DNA of 21,980 nt, taken from a bacterium (GTDB lineage: Bacteria; Methylomirabilota; Methylomirabilia; CAVQYV01). This document shows positions 8,922 to 18,015 of this stretch, piece after piece (positions within the stretch are counted from its first letter, which is position 1; the number at the start of each line of letters is the position of its first letter). A program made the position numbers and the translations under genes. The notes under the pieces were generated by a model. That model searched no databases, was not told the origin of the DNA, and saw only the letters and a program-made list of their open reading frames with translations. Location: contig JAZDMQ010000106.1 in the NCBI GenBank assembly GCA_043800755.1, positions 1 to 21,980 on the forward strand, read 5' to 3'.

Positions 8922-10183
8922 CACCCCCCCTTCCTTCTAATTGGGGCCGGGAGATCCCCCTTCAGGCGTTCCCCAATCCGATTTAGGATGATCTCCGCCA
9001 ACTCGGCCTTGGAGAGGAGGGGCAGTTCCTCCACCCGCCCCTCGCGATCGATCAGCTTGACCTGGTTCGCCTCCTGGCCGAATCCGCCCTCGGGCTGGTC
9101 GATCTCGTTCGCCACGATCATATCCAGCTTCTTTCGTCGGAGCTTGCGCTTCGCGTTCTCCACCAAATCCTCCGTCTCCGCCGCAAAGCCGACCACCAAC
9201 CTCTTCCCCTTCCTACTGCCGATCTCCTGCAGGATATCCGGGGTCTTCTCCAATTCGAGAGTGAGCCTCCCCGGCCCTTTCTTGATCTTGGAGAGAGAGC
9301 ATCGGACCGGCCGATAATCGGCCACTGCCGCCGCCTTGATGATGATATCGGCCTCGTCCAGGTGGGTCAGCATGGCATTCCGCATCTCCTCCGCTGATTG
9401 GACCAGCTCCATCTTTACCCCGAAGGGGGCAGGCAGGGTGGTCGGGCCGGAAACCAGGATGACCCGGGCCCCCCGGGCGCGGGCGGAGGCCGCCAGGGCA
9501 TACCCCATCCTTCCCGAGGAGGGATTGGACAGGAAACGAATCGGGTCCAGGAACTCCCGGGTAGGGCCAGCGCTGATCAGGACCGTCTTGCCTTGCAGGT
9601 CCCGCTTTTGGCCCCAAATCCTCTCTGCGGCTGCCAGGATCTGGGAGATCTCTGCCAACCGGCCCTTACCCACCTGGCCGGAGGCCAGCTCCCCCTGCTC
9701 CGGCCCCACGAAATGAACCCCCAGGGCCTCCAGCCGCTTCACATTGGCCTGATAACAGGGATGGGCCAACATCTGATGATCCATCGCCGGGGCGATCAGG
9801 ACCGGGCAACGGGCCGAGAGGAAGAAGGTGGAGAGGAAGTCGTCCGCGATCCCTCCCGCGAATTTCCCAATGATATTGGCGGTGGCCGGGGCCACCAGAA
9901 GCAGATCCGCCTCCTCTGCCAGGGTCACATGCTCGAGGCGCGAGGCCGAGGTGGGCTCGAGGGCGGGCTCGAAGAGATCCCGGATCACCGGTCGGCCGGA
10001 GAGGGTCTGAAAGGTGAGGGCGCCCACGAAGTGTTGAGCCGATCGCGTCAGGACACAGGTGACCTTCGCCCCCTTTTTGACCAGGGCCCTCAGCAGCTCG
10101 GCTGCCTTGTAGGCCGCGATGCTCCCTGTCACCCCCAGGACGATCTCTTTGCCTTTCATCTCTCCCCCTCGATCCGCAGCCAT
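8921..10183 (-). CDS. coaBC: Bifunctional phosphopantothenoylcysteine decarboxylase / phosphopantothenate--cysteine ligase.
   Basis: Flavoprotein domain (KEIVLGVTGSIAAYKAAELLR) followed by CoaB domain (DPIRFLSNPSSGRMGYALA, GARVILVSGP). The track ORF starts at 10198 (ATG, no SD). The internal ATG at 10183 has AGAGGAAAG 6-7 nt upstream, and the ATG at 10159 (MKGKEIVLGV) is also possible. The true start is between 10159 and 10198. Confidence 0.88.
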   Translation of the reverse strand: MAADRGGEMKGKEIVLGVTGSIAAYKAAELLRALVKKGAKVTCVLTRSAQHFVGALTFQTLSGRPVIRDLFEPALEPTSASRLEHVTLAEEADLLLVAPATANIIGKFAGGIADDFLSTFFLSARCPVLIAPAMDHQMLAHPCYQANVKRLEALGVHFVGPEQGELASGQVGKGRLAEISQILAAAERIWGQKRDLQGKTVLISAGPTREFLDPIRFLSNPSSGRMGYALAASARARGARVILVSGPTTLPAPFGVKMELVQSAEEMRNAMLTHLDEADIIIKAAAVADYRPVRCSLSKIKKGPGRLTLELEKTPDILQEIGSRKGKRLVVGFAAETEDLVENAKRKLRRKKLDMIVANEIDQPEGGFGQEANQVKLIDREGRVEELPLLSKAELAEIILNRIGERLKGDLPAPIRRKGG

Positions 10184-10198
10184 TTTCTTTCCTCTCAT

Positions 10199-10780
10199 CT
10201 AAGTGGATGATAAGAGCCCGCGCAGGGCGAAAACCGCCAATAGGAGCAGAGCCGCCAGCAGGATGATGAAGAGCCAGCGGTAGAGGTGGAGGTACTTCAA
10301 GACTACCCGCTTCCTCTCCTCCAAATCGAGGGGCCAGGCTATCTTCTTGATAAAGGAGAGCAAGGAGGCGGGGAAGGTGAGGTCAGCTTCCTTCTTCCAC
10401 ATCATGAGCTCCTCTGCCTTTACTGGGGTGCGACCTCCGCAATACCCGCATTCCACCACCGCCTGCTCCGTCTTCCCCAGGAAAATATCCCCTTTGCAAA
10501 GGCTGCATTGGCCCAAAATAGGATTCTCCATCGATTGGGTGACCGACTTCTCCACCTTTTCCCAGTGGAAGAATAGATCCAGTTGGCTCAAATGCAGGCT
10601 CTCGGGCCTTCGCAGGACCGAAGAGGTCTGGGCGCCCGCGGCCCGAATGAGAAGATTTCCCTCTGGAGAAGAGCGGATCTCCAGTGAGACTTTGCACTCG
10701 GGGCAGGGAAGGATAATTGTGGCTGGGCGGACCAGATCCAGGGGTGCTCCACACTTCCTACAGGTCCGGACCTCTGACAT
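10199..10780 (-). CDS. Hypothetical tail-anchored membrane protein with two N-terminal zinc ribbons.
   Basis: MSEVRTCRKCGAPLDLVRPATIILPCPEC and CSLCKGDIFLGKTEQAVVECGYCG (two C-x2-C...C-x2-C ribbons), then a C-terminal hydrophobic helix WLFIILLAALLLLAVFAL. The track ORF extends to a GTG at 10858 that overlaps the upstream gene. The ATG at 10780 sits 5 nt after the DUF89 stop with a GAGAGG/AGGA SD-like sequence upstream. Its stop abuts the coaBC ORF. Confidence 0.6.
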   Translation of the reverse strand: MSEVRTCRKCGAPLDLVRPATIILPCPECKVSLEIRSSPEGNLLIRAAGAQTSSVLRRPESLHLSQLDLFFHWEKVEKSVTQSMENPILGQCSLCKGDIFLGKTEQAVVECGYCGGRTPVKAEELMMWKKEADLTFPASLLSFIKKIAWPLDLEERKRVVLKYLHLYRWLFIILLAALLLLAVFALRGLLSST

Positions 10781-10784
10781 CTCT

Positions 10785-11687
10785 CTAATCCTCTCGGGAT
10801 AGAAAAACCGCCAACAACTGTTTTCCCCGAAGGCCAAAGTGATGCGCCACTGGGTCACATTTGGTGGAGAAAAGACAGAATACCTCTCCCCTAATTTGAC
10901 GCCGATATTCGGAGAGGACGTAGTAGTTCGCCTGTCCCTTGGCCAAGACCAGGCTCGCCCTCTCTAATTCCTCGGTCAATTCCGGGGATATCTCGCGGAA
11001 GGAGATCCCCAAGGTGTCCGGTCCCGCCAGGATCAGGCGATCGGATATCCCTTGCAGGCCCACTGCCAGCCCATCCTCCATGGTGGCATCGGAGGTGATT
11101 GCCCCCCCGCGCAGCGCAGAGATGACCTGGCCTGAGGATCTCTTCAACTCCTCGATGAAGGCAGCATCCAGGGCTATCTCCCCTACATTGTCGTGGAGGT
11201 AGAGGATCCGCTCCGCTCCGGAGACCCTCTCGAAGAGGGCCTCAAGTTGGTCCACCCCCAATCCCTTTGCCAGGTAAGAGGAGAGATATTCCTTGGCCGC
11301 CGCCGGGCGAAAGCCATAGCCGGTCCCCGCACTGCGGGAATCCAAGGCATTGGCGGCCAGGGCCCAGGATGCAAAGTGGCGGAATCGCGGGAATCCCTGA
11401 AGGCGACTCCCTGCCTCTCTAAGCTCGGCGGCGATCTCCATCCCGATCTCGTTCAGCCTCTTGCGCTGTTCGCAAAAGGGAACCCTCAGGCCCAGAGCCC
11501 GCTTCAGGGTGCGGTGGAGGTCAGTGATATGATAGGAGGGAGGCTGAGAGAAATCAAGGGACTCGGAGAGGCGCCGCAGGCAAAGGCGCAGGACCGTCTC
11601 CCGCCTGGCTTCATCCTGGCAAAGGAGCTCCGCCGCCTGAGAGATATCGTCCACAAAACATGGAAGGCAATGCCGTTGGGTCAGCAT
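10785..11687 (-). CDS. DUF89 / ARMT1-like metal-dependent damage-control phosphatase.
   Basis: 300 aa with the DUF89 signature YLHDNVGEIALDAAFIEEL (DxxGE...D metal-binding motif) and downstream GGAITSDATMED. Genes of this family are known to cluster with CoA-biosynthesis genes. Here it is two genes upstream of coaBC. Confidence 0.75.
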   Translation of the reverse strand: MLTQRHCLPCFVDDISQAAELLCQDEARRETVLRLCLRRLSESLDFSQPPSYHITDLHRTLKRALGLRVPFCEQRKRLNEIGMEIAAELREAGSRLQGFPRFRHFASWALAANALDSRSAGTGYGFRPAAAKEYLSSYLAKGLGVDQLEALFERVSGAERILYLHDNVGEIALDAAFIEELKRSSGQVISALRGGAITSDATMEDGLAVGLQGISDRLILAGPDTLGISFREISPELTEELERASLVLAKGQANYYVLSEYRRQIRGEVFCLFSTKCDPVAHHFGLRGKQLLAVFLSRED

Positions 11688-11688
11688 C

Positions 11689-12471
11689 CTAAGGCTTGAC
11701 GAAATGATTCAGGGGACGGTGGCCCTTCCCCAGGGAAAAGGAGTTGCGGATGCTGGATATCACATAGCGGTGGGCCACCTCGATCGCCTCTCTCACCTCT
11801 TGCCCCCTGGCCAGCCCGGCGGTGATGGCCGCCGAGAAGGTACACCCGATGCCGTGAAAGGCCTCCCCGGGAATGCGCAGGGTATCCTTCACCTCCATCT
11901 TGGTTCCATCGTAAATGATATCAAAGACATGGGGACCCGGAAAATGACCCCCCTTCAGGAGGACATAGTCAGGGCCCAGCCCTTTGATCTTCTTGGCTGC
12001 TTCTTTCATCGAGGCTACATCAGGAATAGGCTCTCCACAAAGGATTGCGGCCTCCTCCAGGTTAGGGGTGACCACCCGGGCCATGGGCAGGAGCAAGCCC
12101 TTCAGGACATCCAAGGCATCCTCATCCAGCAAACGCTCACCCGTTCCCGCCTTAATCAAGGGATCCACCACAATCTTCTTGGTCCCGAATTCGTCGAGGA
12201 CCTGACAGACGATCTCGATCACCTCGCGCTTTAGAAGCATCCCAGTCTTGGCGGTATCGATCCCGATATCCCCCAGTACCGAGATGAGCTGCGCCGCCAC
12301 CAAGTCCGGGGGCATCGGCTCGATTCGCTGAACGCCCACCGTGTTCTGGGCAGTGACGGCGGTCACCACCGACATCCCATAGACTTGGAATGAGGTGAAA
12401 GTCTTCAGATCGGCCTGGATGCCCGCACCCCCGCCTGAATCTGAACCTGCAATCGTCAACGCCCGACGCAT
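11689..12471 (-). CDS. thiD: Hydroxymethylpyrimidine / phosphomethylpyrimidine kinase.
   Basis: 260 aa. ALTIAGSDSGGGAGIQADLKT N-terminal motif and ribokinase-fold ThiD features (VVDPL, GTGC-like GIGCTFSAAI). Strong SD AAAGGAGG upstream of ATG 12471. Confidence 0.9.
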   Translation of the reverse strand: MRRALTIAGSDSGGGAGIQADLKTFTSFQVYGMSVVTAVTAQNTVGVQRIEPMPPDLVAAQLISVLGDIGIDTAKTGMLLKREVIEIVCQVLDEFGTKKIVVDPLIKAGTGERLLDEDALDVLKGLLLPMARVVTPNLEEAAILCGEPIPDVASMKEAAKKIKGLGPDYVLLKGGHFPGPHVFDIIYDGTKMEVKDTLRIPGEAFHGIGCTFSAAITAGLARGQEVREAIEVAHRYVISSIRNSFSLGKGHRPLNHFVKP

Positions 12472-12525
12472 AAGATTGCCTCCTTTGGCATCTGATCCGG
12501 AATGGGAAGGCGACCTTGACCTGGG

Positions 12526-14052
12526 TCAAGCCAGGCCGAAAAAGGCCTTGATCTTCTCCAAGATGCTTCGCGTACTCTCCTCGATCATCTTCTTCTCCTG
12601 CTTGCCCTTGGCCCGCTCCTGATCCTGCTCCAGTTTACGTTTGGCCAGGATCTCGCTCAAGGAACGGGCGATCGTCGGATTGGCGGTCAGGATGTCCTGA
12701 AAGCCCTTCTTGTCCAGCACCAGGAACTCACAATCCGTGAGGGCAACAATATTTGCCGAGCGCGCCTCTCCTGTCAAGAGCGACATCTCCCCAAATATAT
12801 TGCCTCTGCCCAAGTGGGTCAACACCCTGTGATCCCCCTCGGGATCTCCCAGGTTCACCTCCACCTCTCCCTCCTTGATGACGAAGAAGGAGTCTCCCGG
12901 CTCTCCCTGAGACAAGACCGTCTCCCCGGAGGAGAATCGCTCCACCCGGACCTGGGTGGCGACCTGTTCCAACTCGGAGGGGTTGAGGGGCACGAAAATC
13001 TCAATCCGGCGGAGGACCTGCAGGATTTCCTCGGCCATTCTGAATCTTTGATCGGTCTGCACCTTTTGCGAGAAGGGATGGAGATAAAGGTGCTGGGTGG
13101 GGAAGGGGACATAGATCCCCGCCCGATCCAAGCGATACCAGAGAAGGCTGAGGAAGTCTCCCTCGATCTGGCCGAACCGGGAAAAATCGGAGATCCAGAC
13201 CCGGATCTCATATTCGATGCTAAAATCCCCGTACTGGAGGGGGCGGACCTGAGGGGCCGGATCCTCCAGTATCGCCTTGGTGTCTCTGGCCGTCTCGCGA
13301 ATCACCTCTCGCACCCTGCCGGGAGGAATCTGGTAGGGCAAGCCCACATTGAGGACCCGGGAGTGCGGGATGCCCGGTCGAGAGTAATTGATGAGGACCT
13401 CTTTGGAGATCGATCCGTTGGGGATGATCACGAAGTTGTCTTCCCGGGTCTGGAGCTTGATGGAACGCCAGTTCATCTCCGCCACTTTGCCCATCTGATC
13501 GCTCACGCCCACCCAATCCCCCACCTCGAAGGACTTCTCGATCTGGAGGACGAGCCCGGAGAAGAGATTTCCCAAAATGTCCTGAAGGGCCAGGCCGACG
13601 ACCATGGTGAGGACCGCGGAGGTGGCCAAGATGGGGGTGAGGTTCACCTGAAGGATCTCGTGGAGGACGAGGAAAAGGGAGAGGAGGTAGAGGAAGAAGG
13701 AGACGACATTCCCCAGGATGGCCGGGGGCCTGACCCCCTTCCAATAGGCCAAGAAGAAGTCGATCACCACCATCTCCAGCAGCCTCACCCCCAAGTAAGC
13801 GCTGGCAATGAGGACAAAGACCTTGGTCGCCAGCCAAAGGCTGGGGCTGATGCCCAGGGAAGAGTGGCGAAGAAAGAGGGCGAGGAGGAGAGAAAAGAGA
13901 AAGAGGCTGACCGGGGCCTTCAATTTGGCCAAGAGGGGCCTGCGGCCCAAAAGGCGGGGAAGAGACAGAGCGAGGGCCGACAGGACCAAAAAGGCCAGGA
14001 GCGCCAGGAAGAAGATGTTAGGATGATATTCGGTGTAGAGATTTGAAAACAT
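12526..14052 (-). CDS. Mechanosensitive channel of small conductance (MscS family) fused to a C-terminal cyclic-nucleotide-binding (CAP-type cNMP) domain.
   Basis: 508 aa. Multiple N-terminal TM helices, MscS beta-domain (GDWVGVSDQMGKVAEMNWRSIKLQTREDNFVIIPNGSISKEVLINYSRP). C-terminal cNMP-binding motifs (FGEMSLLTGEARSANIVAL, phosphate-binding-cassette-like). Confidence 0.85.
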   Translation of the reverse strand: MFSNLYTEYHPNIFFLALLAFLVLSALALSLPRLLGRRPLLAKLKAPVSLFLFSLLLALFLRHSSLGISPSLWLATKVFVLIASAYLGVRLLEMVVIDFFLAYWKGVRPPAILGNVVSFFLYLLSLFLVLHEILQVNLTPILATSAVLTMVVGLALQDILGNLFSGLVLQIEKSFEVGDWVGVSDQMGKVAEMNWRSIKLQTREDNFVIIPNGSISKEVLINYSRPGIPHSRVLNVGLPYQIPPGRVREVIRETARDTKAILEDPAPQVRPLQYGDFSIEYEIRVWISDFSRFGQIEGDFLSLLWYRLDRAGIYVPFPTQHLYLHPFSQKVQTDQRFRMAEEILQVLRRIEIFVPLNPSELEQVATQVRVERFSSGETVLSQGEPGDSFFVIKEGEVEVNLGDPEGDHRVLTHLGRGNIFGEMSLLTGEARSANIVALTDCEFLVLDKKGFQDILTANPTIARSLSEILAKRKLEQDQERAKGKQEKKMIEESTRSILEKIKAFFGLA

Positions 14053-14067
14053 GGCCCAGAGCGGAAA

Positions 14068-16296
14068 TTACCCCTTACCCTCGTAGAGGATTTTGTAGAC
14101 CTCGTAGGATCTCAGTACCTTTTTCACATAGGATCGAGTCTCGGAGAAGGGAATGCTCTCGGTGAATTCCTCGTTATCGAGATCCCCCGACTTTGCCAAC
14201 CACTGCCTCACCCGGGCAGGGCCGGCATTGTAAGAGGCTAGGGCCAGGGGTAAATTTCCCTTGAACTCCCGGAGCAGATCCTGCAAATACCGCGCCCCCA
14301 ACCGGATATTCAATTCTGGCCGAAACAGGTCCCCTCCAGCCGCATCAATGGGCTCCCCCAGGCCTCTGGCCACTAAAGAGGCAGTGGAGGGCATCAGTTG
14401 CATGAGCCCTTTCGCCCCGGCCCCGGAGACGCAGTCCGGGGCAAAGGAGCTCTCTTCGCGGATAACCGCCATGATCAGATAGGGATCGGAGGCCCAGATC
14501 TCCTCCGGCCTTTGGGCGATGTCCCAGTAGCCAAGGGGATAGTGATAGCATGGCTGTTCGGATGAGACAGCCTCTCCTGCCTCATCCCAATTGAAGGAAA
14601 GGTATCTCCTTGCCCAACTCAATGCCTTTTCCGGCCTGCCCGACCTCAGGGATTGAGAACACGCCTCGGCCACCAGGCTCAGGTCCCTCGGGGAGAGGGA
14701 GATCGCCTCCCGGTATTCCTGCAGCGCCTCCTCGTCCAGACCGAGGTTGGAGAGCTCACGGGCCCGGCGGAGCAGGGTGCCTTCCGCCTTCTTTGACGCG
14801 GCAGCGCGCCCAGGGGACGGGGTGGGGATGGAGGGGGGCGGCCCATCCTCTGCCAGGTGCATGACAACTGCCTCTGGCTGAAAGGCCTCGATGCCCGCCA
14901 GCCGACTCAAGGCCCGAAAGAAATAATAGTCGTAATGGGGAGCGGAGAGGATCCTTTGGTACTGAAGGGCTGCTGCCGATGGGCAGTCCATCCTCTCCAG
15001 GCTCCGGCCTATCCAATAGAGCGATTGATTGGCCTCTGCTGAGTCAGCCTGATGGGCATATAACATCAGAAAACTCTTCAAGGCCGCCCGCTGGTTCCCC
15101 TGTCGATAGGAGGCCCAACCTCGATGCCAGAGGGCTTCCCCTTTCAACTCACTCTCGGGATAGCGCTCGAGTAGTCGGCCAAAGGTATCCTGGGCCTGAA
15201 GGAAATCGCCCTCAGCCTCCTCGTCCATCCCCAGGCGATATAAGGCATCGTCCGCCCAAGGCCCCTCGGGAAAACGGCAGGTGAGGCTGAGCAGGCAGAA
15301 GCGCCCTTCTGCCCTCTTTCCCAGCCGAAGATAGCTGCGGCCCACCCAATAGAGGGATTCCTCGGCCTCCGGGTCCATGCTCCGCTCCGCCACCGGCGAA
15401 AGCAGCTCCACCGTCCCCCGATAATCACGGGCATTGAAAGAAGAGACCCCTGCATAATAGGTTGCTCGCCGGAGATCTTCCACGGCGGCAGAGGGGTCTG
15501 ACATATTTTTTTTGAATTCCTTGGTCGCCATCTCGTATTTCTTCGCAGCAAAGAGCGCTTGCGCCCTCCGAAAGCGCTGGTTCCAATCGAGCTGCAGCGG
15601 CGGCTTGAGCTCACTCCAGAGCGACTTGGCGCATCTGGCCTCCAGGCTGCCAGGATGCTCCAGATCGATCTGCAGAAGAAGGGAGGCCGCCTCCTCCTGC
15701 CGACCTTGCCCCAAGGCAATCTCCGCCAGAGCGAGTTGCGCCCGGAGGGCGAAGGGGGAGGTGGAGGTCTCCTGGAGGATGCTCCGGAAGGCCTTCTTTG
15801 CCTCTGCCATATCGTGATTTCTCAGATAGGCGTTCGCCAGGCGAAAACGGGCCAGCCTCTTCCACCGGCTCGACTCCGGAAGGGCCAGCAGCTGCTTCAG
15901 GGTCAGGATTGCGGAGGTGGTTTTCCCCTGTTGCAGGTCGGCCTCGGCCAGGTAATAGAGGGAGTAATCGCGCAACTCCGGGTAGGTGAGGGAGGCCCGC
16001 TGGAGATAGGTCTTCGCGAGATCCCACCTCCTTTCCTTTGCATAGAGGATCCCCAGCAGGAAGTCGAGCCTCCGCGAGAGGGAGGAGGAAAGCTCCACCC
16101 GGTCCAGGGATCGCAGGGAATGGATGGCCTTCGCCCGCTGCCCCTCGGCCAGATAATGCAGCGCCTCCTGCAGGACTCCCTCCTCCTGGTTTTCCCAGGC
16201 ACAGGCCCCTGTTGACCAGGCCAAGGAGACCATTACCGGGAAGAAGAGGAGCGCCAGGGTCAGGAGCAGAGAAAGGGTGATCCCGCTCGGTCTCAT
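14068..16296 (-). CDS. Soluble lytic murein transglycosylase (Slt70-like): signal peptide, TPR-like superhelical region, C-terminal SLT domain.
   Basis: C-terminal SLT catalytic motif YLIMAVIREESSFAPDCVSGAGAKGLMQLMPSTA, preceded by a long alpha-helical repeat region. The track ORF is extended to a TTG at 16536. The ATG at 16296 gives a signal peptide MRPSGITLSLLLTLALLFFPVMVSLAWS and lies 2 nt after the upstream stop (TGAaaATG). Confidence 0.85.
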   Translation of the reverse strand: MRPSGITLSLLLTLALLFFPVMVSLAWSTGACAWENQEEGVLQEALHYLAEGQRAKAIHSLRSLDRVELSSSLSRRLDFLLGILYAKERRWDLAKTYLQRASLTYPELRDYSLYYLAEADLQQGKTTSAILTLKQLLALPESSRWKRLARFRLANAYLRNHDMAEAKKAFRSILQETSTSPFALRAQLALAEIALGQGRQEEAASLLLQIDLEHPGSLEARCAKSLWSELKPPLQLDWNQRFRRAQALFAAKKYEMATKEFKKNMSDPSAAVEDLRRATYYAGVSSFNARDYRGTVELLSPVAERSMDPEAEESLYWVGRSYLRLGKRAEGRFCLLSLTCRFPEGPWADDALYRLGMDEEAEGDFLQAQDTFGRLLERYPESELKGEALWHRGWASYRQGNQRAALKSFLMLYAHQADSAEANQSLYWIGRSLERMDCPSAAALQYQRILSAPHYDYYFFRALSRLAGIEAFQPEAVVMHLAEDGPPPSIPTPSPGRAAASKKAEGTLLRRARELSNLGLDEEALQEYREAISLSPRDLSLVAEACSQSLRSGRPEKALSWARRYLSFNWDEAGEAVSSEQPCYHYPLGYWDIAQRPEEIWASDPYLIMAVIREESSFAPDCVSGAGAKGLMQLMPSTASLVARGLGEPIDAAGGDLFRPELNIRLGARYLQDLLREFKGNLPLALASYNAGPARVRQWLAKSGDLDNEEFTESIPFSETRSYVKKVLRSYEVYKILYEGKG

Positions 16297-16298
16297 TT

Positions 16299-17441
16299 TC
16301 ACCCTTCGACCCTCTCCCCGCATTGGTAGCAGAATTTGGTCCCCTCGGGTAGCTTGACCCCGCACTTGGGGCAGGTCAAGGCCTGTCCCACCTCCTTGCC
16401 ACATACCATGCAGTATTTGGCCTCGGGAGGCAAATCCTTGCCACAGTGGAGGCATTTGTTGACCACTACCATCTGGTGCCCGCAGTTCTGGCAAAAACGG
16501 CCGCTCAGGGGGACCTGTCCATGACACTTGGGGCAATTGACCACCCCGCTGGCGGCGATCTTCTCTGGCGTCGCATCCTCCTCTTTGAGCACATTAAAGA
16601 GCATTCCGGGAACCATCATGCCCAGGCCGGCCCCTACCCCCAAACCCATGCCCGCCGCCGCACCCCCGGCGGCTGTCCCCTCGGGCTGGGTCGCCGCATC
16701 GCCCATCGCCTTGGCCGCCTTGAACTTAAAAAAGGCATTCAGGTCTCCCACCGCGGCCATGCTGCTCCTCTCGTCAATCATCCGCTGCACATCCTCGGGC
16801 GGGGTGATGGCGTTAATGAAGAAGTCGATCAGCTCCATGCCGTAGCGGTGGAAATCGTCTGCCAGGCGGGTCTTGGCCGCTATCCCGAACTCGTCGTAGG
16901 CCTTGGGAAGCTCGTAGACGGATTCCAGGTTCTCTCCCAAAAGGTCGTTGAGGCGAGAGACGATGATATCTCGCAGATATCCGTCGATATCAGAGGTGGC
17001 GTAGATCCCCTTGGTCCCCACGATGGTGTTGATGAAGAGGAGGGGCTGATTGATCCGCATCGTGTAATTGCCGTGGGCACGCAGGCGGATGACCCCCAAT
17101 TCCTTGTCCTTGAAGGCAACCGGGTCTTGGGTGCCCCATTTCAGGCTGGTGAAGACCTTCAAGTTCGTAAAATAGGCCTCGGCCCGGAAGGGGCTGGTGA
17201 AGCCCCAGGGGAGGCTGAGCAGCTTGGTCAACAGGGGCAGGTTCAGGGTGGTCAGGGTGTGCCGCCCAGGGCCGAACACATCCAAGCCCTTGCCGTCCCG
17301 GAAAAAGACCGCGGCTTGATTCTCCCTGACGATCAACTGGGCACCCATCTTGATCTCCGCCGAGCCACCCTCCGGGATGCGGTGGACTATCTCCTCCCCC
17401 GTCTGGTCAAACCATTCGATCACTTCCATGAATTGCGACAT
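16299..17441 (-). CDS. SPFH / band-7 family protein (PF13421-type, B. subtilis YdjI-like) with a Gly/Ala/Met-rich linker and three C-terminal double-CxxC zinc ribbons.
   Basis: N-terminal [47 protein letters not shown] resembles the YdjI-type SPFH fold. Low-complexity [24 protein letters not shown] linker. Then CPKCHG...FCQNCG, CLHCGK...YCMVCG, CPKCGV...FCYQCG. Strong SD GGGGGAGGAAG upstream of ATG 17441. Confidence 0.7.
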   Translation of the reverse strand: MSQFMEVIEWFDQTGEEIVHRIPEGGSAEIKMGAQLIVRENQAAVFFRDGKGLDVFGPGRHTLTTLNLPLLTKLLSLPWGFTSPFRAEAYFTNLKVFTSLKWGTQDPVAFKDKELGVIRLRAHGNYTMRINQPLLFINTIVGTKGIYATSDIDGYLRDIIVSRLNDLLGENLESVYELPKAYDEFGIAAKTRLADDFHRYGMELIDFFINAITPPEDVQRMIDERSSMAAVGDLNAFFKFKAAKAMGDAATQPEGTAAGGAAAGMGLGVGAGLGMMVPGMLFNVLKEEDATPEKIAASGVVNCPKCHGQVPLSGRFCQNCGHQMVVVNKCLHCGKDLPPEAKYCMVCGKEVGQALTCPKCGVKLPEGTKFCYQCGERVEG

Positions 17442-17471
17442 CGCTTCCTCCCCCTATCCCCTTTGGACCTC

Positions 17472-17984
17472 TTAACGCTGGGAAAGTTGATCCATGAAAT
17501 CCCCAAGGGCTTTCTCCAGTTGTTGTATGGCCTCGGGCTGTGCCCGTCCCTGAGAGAACTCGGAACAGAGCGCTTCTACCATCTGGCCCAGGGCTTCTAC
17601 CTGTTCGGCCAAGGCGAGGTCGAATTCATACATCCCCTCCAGTTCGACCCTCCCCACCTGCTGGAGGTCGAAGGCCCCAGAGAACCCATAGTTGGCAAAG
17701 GCCAGGGTGTCCCGTGACTGGGCCATCTTACGGGTCAACAGATCCAATTGGGGCAGTAGGCGGAAGTCCTTCCCCTCCACCAGACCCCTCTTGGCCGCCT
17801 CCACCTTTGCTTGATGGGAAGCCAAGCGATCTGCCAATGCCAGGCGAAGGATCTTGTCAGCCTCACGGATCTTCTCGCACCCCTGGTAGCCGGACAGACC
17901 CGGCACCAGACGGATCAGCTTCTCCCAGGTGCGCGTGCGCCGCAGATCTTTGTCGACCTTGTCCTCTCCTTTTTCGATTTCCAT
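17472..17984 (-). CDS. Hypothetical protein (170 aa, predicted largely alpha-helical / coiled-coil), probable operon partner of the SPFH protein.
   Basis: ORF with SD GAAGGGGG 8 nt upstream of ATG 17984. Charged helical sequence with heptad-like periodicity (LAEQVEALGQMVEALCSEF...). No recognisable catalytic motifs. 30-nt gap to the downstream SPFH gene. Confidence 0.5.
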   Translation of the reverse strand: MEIEKGEDKVDKDLRRTRTWEKLIRLVPGLSGYQGCEKIREADKILRLALADRLASHQAKVEAAKRGLVEGKDFRLLPQLDLLTRKMAQSRDTLAFANYGFSGAFDLQQVGRVELEGMYEFDLALAEQVEALGQMVEALCSEFSQGRAQPEAIQQLEKALGDFMDQLSQR

Positions 17985-18015
17985 AGATGGCCCCCTTCTC
18001 CAACTCCCGGGATCT

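Noticed and set aside
10781-10858. Upstream GTG-initiated extension of the zinc-ribbon protein (track start 10858), and similar GTG/TTG-extended starts at 16536 (Slt), 21955 (DUF362), 8924 (UDG).
   Set aside because: The extensions overlap the preceding gene, lack SD sequences and add non-homologous N-terminal peptides. Internal ATGs with SD motifs give compact junctions and, for the Slt and DUF362 genes, proper signal peptides.
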